This document shows, piece by piece, positions 30,301 through 42,300 of a stretch of DNA of 64,000 nucleotides. The DNA is from Antedon mediterranea (lineage: Eukaryota > Animalia > Echinodermata). A program made the translations under genes and the position numbers. Location: the NCBI RefSeq assembly GCF_964355755.1, contig NC_092676.1, forward strand, positions 15,146,871-15,210,870. Reading direction: 5' to 3'. The notes beneath the pieces were generated by a model. It did not search any database and was not told the DNA's origin. It saw nothing but the letters and a program-made list of their open reading frames with translations. Position 1 is the stretch's first letter; each line of letters begins with the position of its first letter.

Positions 30301-33300
30301 CATAGATCTTTGATGTAAAGTTAAAAATCTACATTATGAAATGTCCTCTTATCAGAGATGTGAACTTGATCTCTCGCAAGTTTCTTAACTGATCTTTTTC
30401 AGAGCAATAGTTTCAGAGAAATATGTGATAAAGAAACTTGAAACTGGTCAACTTATTCGTCTTACAAACAATCTCATCCGGATAATTGAAATTGCCATGG
30501 AGAGAGACATTGGAGAACTTGGCCAAGTATCAACCGTCTACCCTTGGATTCTACTTTACCGCTTAATCAAACTGTATGTACAAAAATTAATGTTTAAAAT
30601 TTTAAAAACGATTTTTAAAAAAATTAGAAATGATCTCTTTTCTCAAAAGTTTTATATTTTTGTGATATATTTAAATATGACATACTTGAAATATGAATAG
30701 TTAAATAGCATAACACTTGGAAAATAGTCATCGTGGTATTTTGAAACACTTGGTGTAGAGATATACATTTAAACAGACTGATTTGCATATTTTAAGTAAT
30801 AGTTATTTATTTTTAAGTGAGGAAGATCAGATAGAGTCTATGAAGATAGTGGATGCAACAACCTCTACTAGTATTCAACCATGTTTACCATCATCATTGA
30901 TGTTGTTATTAACAGCTCATGAGTGTCTTGGCAGGTGAGAAAACAATTGTGATAATATGTACCTGGTGTGTGCTTCCTTAAGTGCATTGGAGAATTTCAG
31001 CAGAAGATATTTAAGTTTGAGTTTTATTTATTAATCAAGGTCATAAAATACATACATCATATAACATAAATAAAACAATCAATACAATGTATAAACAAAC
31101 ACTGGTGCGATGGACCAGACATTGATCACAAAGAACAAGAATACAATAAAATATTCAACCCCATAGAGAGAAAAAGTCATTTCCGACTGTGCTGGGTACA
31201 AACAAAGTTTGGTCGGCCATCTTTTCCTATTCTAACGCATTGATTTAACACCGCTTTTTCGTACATCCCGATAAATTTATAATCGCAATGTTAAAAAAAT
31301 AGTATTTTAAATTTTGTGTTACAAGAACTTTTTAGGCCTCTTTCTTTGTTGACGAGTTTATACTTGCAGTATTTCTGCGTTTGTTTGTGGAAATGTGTGA
31401 ATCAATATACATTTCTAACTTTCAGTTTACTATTTATTTATTTATAATGTATTGCTTATTAAAGTTTGAGTTTATAATATGGTAGGTAAAATGTTGAATT
31501 TTACTAGTTTTGATGCATAAGCTATGCCAGATATGGGTCATATTAATCGGCAAAATGTCGCTGCTATTGGTGGCTAAGAACGATCGCACACGGCTACCTC
31601 TGATGTTGTGATGTAACACGACATTTAAAATGCTATTTTTCGAACATTGCGATTATAAACTGAAAGTGAACTTACGATGTATTATCAGCAAAATATTCAA
31701 CAGTAGTAACGTAGTAAAATAAAGCAAGATGATCAACTCTAAATTATGTAAAATTGAAATTTATAGGGATGTACGAAAAACCGGTGTTAAATTAATGCGT
31801 TAGAATACAAGATGGCCGACCGAACTTTGTTTGTACCCAGCGCAGTCGGTAGCCAGGAAACGTGACGTCACACTTTTTCTCCCTATATTGTAAGGATTAC
31901 ATGATGAATTTTTGATTTGGTTGTTCCAAGATATCAAATATTATATATTATTTTGTATTTGTTTCCTGTTAAAATTGTTGTTTATTCTTACAGACGTTCA
32001 TGGTGTTGTAATGATAAAGGTGCCTTGCTAAAATTGCAAATTTCTGTTCTGGAGGAAGAACTGTTTAACCGTCCTGAAGAAGATGCACATCCGTTTAAGT
32101 GTGACTTGGAGCATGCACTTGAACAGAGTTTCTACTGTTTGTATAGTCATCCAAACCGCAAAACTAAAGCAAGACACCTTAGTGATCATGGAGTTGATGA
32201 GGTATTTACCATACTTACTTGGTATAAAAGTGAAATAGAGAATGGTTCTAGATCAATCCACAAAAAAGTTATTGAAAATCGGTGCTGCTGTTCCTTGTAT
32301 TTGGAGTTGCCTATATAAGATACACTAATATTGAATTTGAAAGACTCTAAGCAGCATCTGTAATTTTTTTTAATTTCAAGTTACCATTACTTTGGGAAGA
32401 TAGCAGATTTTTGTTCAACTACTTCAAACCAAAGATTCTACCAGAATTTGACAGCTATAAAACCAGTACAATGTCAAGTGAACTAGAGAGTCTTCTACTC
32501 AAGATCTCACGCATTATTCCTGCACAAGAAAACCCAGCAAATACACTAGAATCAATTCAGCTATACCTTGATGGAACTACAGACACTGCCCCTTATATAC
32601 CACAAGATAAACCTGTCCAAACGTATGTTATGACATATTTATTTTATGCCAGAGGGTTTTAATCATCAAAAGATTTGAGGTGTGGAATCACCTATCCTTT
32701 TAAGAATTACCGTTTCTGAGCCCAGACCATACACTATTTACATAATCCTCACCTCAAAACTTTTGTACTCAAATTGCATTAAACCTTTCTGGGGCTCATT
32801 CCTGTTTTCACTCTGGTCTGTTTTTTTAATCAATTTGTTTAGGCTTGTCAGTAAAAGTTATCAAATAATTATAATGTATATATATTTTGATAATACACAT
32901 ACATTCATGATAATCTATGAATCAAGATGCAGGAACGATTAAAATGTTTTTTTACAGACATGTTGTGCAAGAGCTGTACTACTTACTAGCAGACTATTAT
33001 TTTAAAAACAAAGAATGGGGGTAAGTATGCTTCTCAAATGAGTGAAAACAAGGACAATAAATATGCACATTGTAGGCTAGGCTAGAGAGCTTGTCGATAC
33101 AAACACGTCACAATTATTTGATTTTTTGATAACAGAGTTAATTGTAAATACACCAAAATGAGGTTCGTTTACATAACCACCTGCACAATTTAGCCAAAAA
33201 TAGTATGTTAATCTACCTTACGCATTCTGACATTTGTATTGTGTAATCATTACACTGCCTGATTTACAAGTTGTTTTTTCCCTACAGAAAAGCTATTAAA

Positions 33301-36300
33301 TTCTATCTACATGATTTGTGTGTAAACCCTGATCGATTTGACAGTTGGGCAGGAATGGCAATGGCACGTAGTACCAGACTTGATCTCAAAATCAACTCTG
33401 TAAGTTGGTATATCTAACTGTAAAATTGTATTCTAATATTCTGACATTCATCAACAATTACTTTTAAAATTGTGTATGATTCGGTTATTTGGATGGAGCA
33501 TGTGTATTGGCCCTAAAGCTCTGTTTACACTGATAAAAAGATGTAATGTGTCCATAATACAGTGATGTCATATCATACCTTATTTGGGTACATCACTTTT
33601 TAGTTAGATTGTGTAGACAGAACTTAAGAAAAAACCCAATTTGTTCACCCCAAATAAAATTTAAAACTCAATGCAAAACATTTGTTATAGTTCTTATTAA
33701 TATCTTGTTAATGTATACATATTTCCAATCTTATACAGACTGTAAAGAACACATTTGTCACTCAAAAAACTCTAGGTTTTCCTGTATATAATTGATGATC
33801 TTTTATTCCTGTTTGTTTTAATACATTGTATTATTAGTATTGTTTGCTCAAATATGATTTGATTTCTACTGCTACAGTGTGATTCCAAATCTGAAGGACC
33901 AATATTTAAGCAGGCATCATCAGCTGCGAGATGTTTTGAGAGAGCATTTCAGATTGATTCATCTAACTCAACGTTATGGATGGAATATGGCTCGCTATCT
34001 TATATGATGCATTCATATTCTTCAAGGCAATTGAAACAGGTAACTTATGGTCAGGTGTTTATTGCATGGGAGGTAAATGTTGCTGACCTGAGAAATAAAA
34101 TGGTTTGTAAAAATTAAATATTAATTATTGGGCCTACATAAAATATGTTGAAAATAATGTAGCATACAAAAATACATATAAAATTTATCAAATATAAAAA
34201 AAATTATTATTATATATTATTGATACAATTATTTATTAATACTTATACTGGAAATTTGTGGAAGGTATATAAAAAATGTTTTTTGGATTTAAAATAAAAA
34301 CTGAACAAGAATGGTTATTTAAAAAATGGACAAGTATGCAAACTCAATTCATCATGTGTTTAAATGTCAATGTTTTGTACATATTATATGGACTGGGAGT
34401 GGATTTTGTTTTATTTAAATGTCGGAATCTAATTTTTATCCTAAAACTCAATTTATATTGGGTTTTTTTTTCATAAAGCAACAAACTGCAATATCATCTG
34501 AACAGAAAGAATTTCTAACAAAAAAGAAAAATGAAATGTTGCAGCAAGCTAAGATATGTTATTTAAAAGCAAGTGAATGTGAAGGTGAGCTGGAAGAGGA
34601 AGAGTGGTTGGTGCATTATATGCTGGGCAAGATAGCTGAGAAGGAAAAATCTCAACCTCAAGTTTACTTGGACCATTATAAACTGGTAAGAAGAATTTGA
34701 ATAATCTTATTAAATTTTATTAACCAGCTCGCTCATTTAGGTCATCAGATGATGCTACACTGCTTGGCGTTCCATCAGACTTTGGACAACTGTAAACAGG
34801 GCATTCTGCCAGGTTGCACCAATGTTATGGAATGGTTCACCGCATACTTAGTTTTGAACATGCTCTTACTCTTTTTTAATTTAGAGTTTGATTATAATTG
34901 TACGAATTATTAACAGTGATTTTTAACTTTTAAAATCTTTTAAACATTCTTTAAACTGTCTTATTTAATGTAGTATCATTACTTTTAATTTTTGACCGTT
35001 ATGGTGTTTTAAATACATTTTAAATCTTTTATAATGATTGTATACATGTACTGCGCCTATGAGCAATTTGATTGAATATATGATGCATTGTAAATGCTTT
35101 TATTATCATTAGTATTATTATTAATATGAATTGGAAGTTCTGTAAAATATGTAAAATACTTTGACCAAAAATGAATCTTCCTTTTCAGATACTGTAACTA
35201 ATACTCTTAAGATTCTGTATGTGCATTGTTTTATATACACATTTGTGTACCATTTTCTTTAAAGGCATCAATGGCCCTCCATGAAAATGAGGCTCGTTAC
35301 CCTAAGAAGATTCCTTACCACAACCCACCAGATCTTGCACTGGAGTCACTAGAGGTAAGCTTACTCATCGAAATGAATCAAAACAGCAAATACTTTACAT
35401 GAGTTCCGTTAGTTGATGATCATTATTTAATATGATTATGTAAAAAGGCCAAAATATTGTTTGCTATGGGGTGTTTTTTTTGTGTAATTTTCTGATTAGC
35501 CTTGTTATGAGGATGTATCGGCATCGGTGATATTTTGCCGACCTAGAAGCTAGGGTAGATACAGCGTCTCAGCTTGAAAAAGCATGCAGAATTTAGTGAT
35601 TTCAGGGATTATCTAAATTCGATGTTATGTTTACCACGCACCACCTGTGGCTCAAATAATCAGTTCTTGAAGTGCCTTTTCATGTGGGACCCCCCCTCCT
35701 CCTCTCGAAAATGTCTAGATCCCAGCCGCCCCAGCAAATAACCAAATTTCAAGGATATTTCTACTGTAGGTGTGTTGTAATTAAACACTAAAACAAAATA
35801 ATTTACCACTTTGAATAAACGCTTCCCTCGAATAAATGTTCCCGTAAAACATAATTTGCAATAAATTTCCCAGACGTTATTTATATCCTTGTGTAAACAC
35901 CCTGCCACAGACACAATATACAACATTTCTGTTTGACATGATCTACAATTTACCAAGCATTTTGATACAATTTACATTATTTTTCACTTCTTTAAATTAT
36001 TTGATATGATATATTGTTTTGTTTTTTTTTATATCTAGGTGGAATTTATTTGATTTATAGATTTTACCATATTATTACAAAAAAAATGCCTCCCTGAATG
36101 CACGCCTCAAATAAACACCCCCTAAAAACCCTCCTTAACAATTAATGCCCTACAGGCCGTTTATTCAAATATATACGGTATAAAACTTAAACTGTTTACA
36201 TAAATAATGTAGAATTGGAAAGTCAAGTATTTAAAAAGAAATGTATATTTCTTTTTTTATAGGTATTTTTTAGAATCCATACATCAATTCTAAAGTTGTT

Positions 36301-39300
36301 GGAGTTCCCAGATAAAAATACCGTAATTGACTATAAATTATTAAAGAGATATGTAAGTGAAGCAAGGCAATTTCCGTTTGCAAGAGGACTAGAGAAGAGA
36401 GCTGAAGGCAAAGACTGGTAGGAGTCTTTTTTTTATTGGCTGTAAAGTACTATTAAGCGGAGGTCCAAGTGCCAAAATGATGCTTCGTTAACATGTCCCA
36501 TTGCCATATGTAACAATGCATTCTACGCCTGTATTAAAGGCATGTACAGCATACAGTATACTTGACACCAGAATGCATTCTAAACGATCCTCTTATGCAA
36601 AAGAAATGCTAGATAATTGACCAAGAAATATTGTTAGTTTCATTGGGAATAACAATATAATTTTATAATAATTTTACTGTGCTTTTTCTTTATTTTTCTT
36701 CTTTTCGGAATAACTTTGTGCCTATACAGTTTAAGATCTAGTACTTATATATGTAGGGCAATAATACACTAGGAAATGTAAATTCAATTGTAAAAAGAGA
36801 GATGGATAGATAGTTAACTGGTATGTTGTTTCCTATGTATAAAGTTAATATTAAGTGAAATTTGTAATATATTATCCTATACAAGCTGATACTGTGCCCA
36901 ACAGAACGATGTTTTTGATCTCTCAACAACCTGACCATGTCGCGTCATAATATGCTTAATTTAACATGTCTTGTTCATTTGTACAGTTCTACTAGTGACA
37001 CTGACACAGAAACAAGACCGTTAAACCAAAAAATTTACCATCATGGATCATTGTCATCATCAGGAGGCTCTAATACAGTTCAACAATTGATGGACCATGA
37101 TTACATTGAAACACGAAAGAAGGTATCAAGAACTTTCAGTCAAGAATCAACAGGTATGGTACATTCATAAGGAGCTCACAAATAATATACCTACCTTACT
37201 ACCTATCCTCTTTGGGCCTTTTGTCCTACAAGGCTGCAAGATTACTCTTCGCCTTGCCTTCACTTCTTCGGTTATACTTCTCATGTTGGTTTTGATTAAT
37301 ATGTCATTATTTGATATGACATATGGCCATCTTGTCCTCAATATTCTTTGTAAACATTTGAATTGAAATGTGTCGAGTTTCTTGTTGTCCTCTTCTGTTA
37401 TTTTCCTCACAGCCGTAAAGTAACACTGATAAAACAATTGATCTAAACAAATAATATGCTCACAGTTATACGTAGTTATTTACCTTACAAGTATGCTATG
37501 TAGAACCTCCCAAGTATGCTACAAACCTAATGAGTTACATAGTTTAAAGTGATGGTGTTGGTTGTAATTGTATGTTATATACTGTAGTTAAGTACATCAC
37601 AGTTATGCTAATTAGTTCACAGATATGATACATTATTATTATGATCACAACTATTTCTATTTTACAGATACTGCTTCTGATTTAGATTTCTTCTCTTCCG
37701 GAGATGAACCAATGTCACCCAAACTCACAGATTCAAGCTTATTTCAAGCAAGTACAAATTCACTTAAGCCGCCAATTATACCGCTTGCATTTCCAGGTTC
37801 ATCAAAAAATAAGCAAATGAAGGTTTTACTTTTTAAAGAAGGGATAGAAGAAAAACAAACTGAACGTCGTCCAGTTCAACAACATGGTGACGGTGACAAT
37901 TATGACACCACGAGAATGACAGATGAACCAATAGAGATGGTGCTTGAAGAACAACCACCCCAAACAACTGTAGATGAAGCTAAACAACATCCATTCAATG
38001 CAGATATTGATGAGAGTGGTAAAGCAACGAAATTGAGAGATGGAAAGTCTGTTGACATTACAAGATCTGAAACTATAAAGACAGATTTTGAAGCCATCTT
38101 CATTGAGGCAATAGAAGTTGATAACAGGGAAGGCCTGCACCCTGAAAAATCTATACCAATTGATGAGCCCAAAGAAACAGTTGAAACTGCAAAAAATTTT
38201 CCGGCTGCATTATCTGACAAATCTACACATGAATTTTCTCCAAAACCGTCTAGTAAATTTACTGTAGATTTGTGTGTCAGTGGAAACGAGAAAACAAGTA
38301 CAGAAGAAAAATCTACTGATCCTACTATATTTTCTGAAGATAAACAAGTTACAATTATCAGTGACAGTTGTATTGGCGGAAGTACAGATATACAGAAATT
38401 AGCAAAAAATACAGAACCTCCAAAATCATCCAGTTCTGCCTTGCCAAAGGGACATAGTGTTTCAGGCCCCATTTCAAGCTTTCAAATGGCATTTATGATG
38501 TCATCTGTACTTTCTTCTAATAAGCCTTCTGAAAAAAATCAACCTGAGAGTGAAGAAGCAAGAAATAAGGAAGCGGATATTGATATTGAAGGCAAAAATG
38601 ACTTGCTAGGTATTGAAATAAATCCAGCAGAACAGATTACGGCAAAGCCTCATCAATTAAGTATTGTTAGACCAAGTGGAGGTGTTAGTGAGGTTTTAAG
38701 GAATCTTCAAAAAGAATATCGTTCTTCGGGAGAATCACAGTCTGAAGAAGAAGTATCCATAGCTAAAACTAAAGATATAAGGAAAGAAGACCCAAATATG
38801 GAAAATAATACAGATGGCAAAGAAAATCCAAAAGATGAAATAAAATCAGGCAGTGATCAACAGACAAAACAGTACAAAGATATTGATGTTGCTGAGAATA
38901 TTGAAGAATGTACAAGTAAAACCATAATTAAAGAAATGATTGCACCCAATGAGAATGATGATTCAAGGATGGAGACTGATGCAATAGAATTAAAAGAAGC
39001 AGAGCTACCTGAGAGGTCAGAGAAACATGACAATGAAATAGACAAAGCAATTTCTTACAAATATCAGCCAGAAAATAAAATTGTTATTGATACAGATACA
39101 AAGACATCGCCAGATAAAGTTAAACAGTCCAGTGATATTATAGATAAAGATAAAAGGCCAACTGTTTCTAGAAATGCTGATAGTAAGCCAGTAGACAGCA
39201 ATGATGATAGTAAACAAGATGTAGAAAGCAATTCTGATAGTAAGCCAGTAGAAAGTGATACTGAAAAGGCAGTAGACAGTAATGCTGATAGTAAGCCAGT

Positions 39301-42300
39301 AGAAAGTGATACTGAAAAGGCAGTAGACAGTAATGCTGATAGTAAGCCAGTAGACAGCAATGCTGATAGTAAGCCAGTAGACAGCAATGCTGATAGTAAG
39401 CCAGTAGACAGCAATGCTGATAGTAAGCCAGAAGACAGCAATGCTGATAGTAAGCCAGAAGACAGGAATACTGATAGTAAGTCAGTAGACAGCAATGCTG
39501 ATAGTAAGCCAGAAGACAGCAATGCTGATAGTAAGTCAGAAGACAGGAATACTGATAGTAAGCCAGTAGACAGCAATGCTGATAGTAAGCCAGAAGACAG
39601 CAATGCTGATAGTAAGTCAGAAGACAGGAATACTGATAGTAAGCCAGTAGACAGCAATGCTGATAGTAAGCCAGAAGACAGCAATGCTGATAGTAAGTCA
39701 GAAGACAGGAATACTGATAGTAAGTCAGTAGACAGCAATGCTAATAGTAAGCCAAAAGACAGCAATGCTGATAGTAAGCCAGAAGACAGGAATACTGATA
39801 GTAAGTCAGTGGACAGCAATGCTGATAGTAAGCCAGAAGACAGCAATGCTGATAGTAAGTCAGTAGAAAGCAATGCTGATAGTAAGTCAGTAGAAAGCAA
39901 TGCTGATAGTAAGCCAGAATACAGGAGTGCTGATAGTAAGCCAGAATACAGGAGTGCTGATAGTAAGCCAGAATACAGGAGTGCTGATAGTAAGCCAGTA
40001 GACAGCAATGCTAATAGTAAGCCAGAAGACAGGAATGCCAATAGTAAGCCAGTAGACAGCAATGCTGAGAGTAAGCCAGAAGACGGGAATGCCGATAGTA
40101 AGCCAGTAGACAGCAATGCTGATAGTAAGCCAGAAGATGGGAATGCCGATAGTAAGCCAGTAGACAGCAATGATGATAGGAAGGAATGTGTAGAGACACA
40201 TAATTCAGATCAAAGGAACTCCAAGGAGCATGTACAGTTAATTGATGATTGTATTCTGGGATTGAAGTTATGTTTGTCACGCTTTTCACAACATTACAAG
40301 GCATTATTTCGAATGGCACATGTCTATCACTTTGTACCAACACATAAGGTAGATACTTTTTTTTAATCAATAATATTTATACACTGTATTTTGAAATAAT
40401 TTTGACACTATTTGGCATTTAGCCAGATATCACATGGTATTATAATGTCCCTAAATAAACAATAAAACAGCTAACTGAATTTAGAGACAAACAAATCTCA
40501 AGTTGGTAAAACCAGGAGCTGATTAACACATCTCCACCTATCAATTATCCTGGATCTGCAGAAGAACCACAAATTCTGAGGTGTATATACAATATATTTT
40601 ATGGAATTACTTTGGTCCTGGAATCCCATTGCTCCTTTTTCAGCATATTTTCTGTTGTATTTGTAGTATATGCATGCGTATTTTCTGTTGTATTTGTAGT
40701 ATATGCATGCGTATTTTCTGTTGTATTTGTAGTATATGCATGCGTATTTTCTGTTGTATTTGTAGTATATGCATGCGTATTTTCTGTTGTATTTGTAGTA
40801 TATGCATGCGTATTTTCTGTTGTATTTGTAGTATATGCATGCGTATTTTCTGTTGTATTTGTAGTATATGCATGCGTATTTTCTGTTGTATTTGTAGTAT
40901 ATGCATGCGTATTTTCTGTTGTATTTGTAGTATATGCATGCGTATTTTCTGTTGTATTTGTAGTATGCATGCGTATTTTCTGTTGTATTTGTAGTATATG
41001 CATGCGTATTTTCTGTTGTATTTGTAGTATATGCATGCGTATTTTTGTTCTATAAAGATAATGTCTCTTATTCATTTTTACAGAATAATCAATGGAGTCG
41101 AGATATATTGTTAGGTACAAGTATACCATGGACTCAGATACCTCATCTTGCAGCCCCAGCTTTATTTGCTGATGCTAACAAGAATAAGAACTTCTTCCAT
41201 GGCATTTGGAGAATACCAGTAGAAGAGATTGATAGGTAAATACACAGCAACGTCCATTAATATACATTTCATAAAGGAATTGCATTGCTCTAGGTTGCTT
41301 TTGTTTTTCCTGACCTGTTATTGTTGTTTTAAATAATAATATAAATGAAATGGGCCATAAAAAAAATCAATTTTTATCTAATCATCAATGTGTTGAAAAA
41401 TACCTGAAACCTCTTTATTATACATATACAACACATTGAAAACAAAAAACTTAAATTTGAACTTGTAACTTTGGATATTAGTTAAGTTATCCGTGCAATA
41501 AATGAATCAATTTACGACGGTTACTTAAATGAGTACATATTAAGATTCTACGAGTATTTGCTGTCGTTAGATTATTACATACTGAAATAAATCATAGATC
41601 ATTATTAGATATCTAAATGTTATTAATATATTTGAATTGTAGATCAGGTAGTTTTCCATCTCACATGCATCGAGCAATACATCTTTTGGTTGACGTGTTG
41701 CTGAAGCTTAAAGATCATCAGATGTTACTGCAACTCTCTGTCAAACTGAATAGGACACCAGAACTTAACAAGTAGGTTCATATAAATGAGGAGCCCGACA
41801 ATGTTGAATACCATAGAGACTTGACTTCTTCATTGGCAAAAAGCATATATTTACCTATTATATTGGTGGCAAGGTTTCTTGATCTGACAAGGCAAAATTA
41901 CCATAATTTTCACCAATTATGTTGTTTGAGAAATATTATGCTGACTATTTTGAAATGGTTTGTGCATACTTGTGTGCTCTCTGCAATATTATAGGTCAGT
42001 TGTGAATTCTGCATACCCATATAATCTGAACATTTTTTTTTTATCTTTACATAGTTCTGGGTTTTAAATTTTTTTTCTGTTAACCAACTACTGGCACAGT
42101 AAGATACTGTACCACAGATAAAAAAAAAATTAACTTAAACTTCCCTTTTTAGGAAATATTTACGGGATCAAGATCGGCAGTTTCTTTCTACACAATCTTA
42201 TGAAAAATGCCTTGATGTATTAAAAGCAATGATAGAGATGTACAAGACAGGTTCAAAAGATGATCAAGGAAGAGTTTTGATGTTTGTCTATCGAGCTAAT

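Noticed and set aside
39064-40170. 368-aa Leu/Ser-rich minus-strand ORF
   Set aside because: Antisense shadow of the CABIN1 27-bp coding repeat.
40581-41129. Cys-rich and Thr-rich ORFs on both strands
   Set aside because: Translations of the 33-bp intronic minisatellite.
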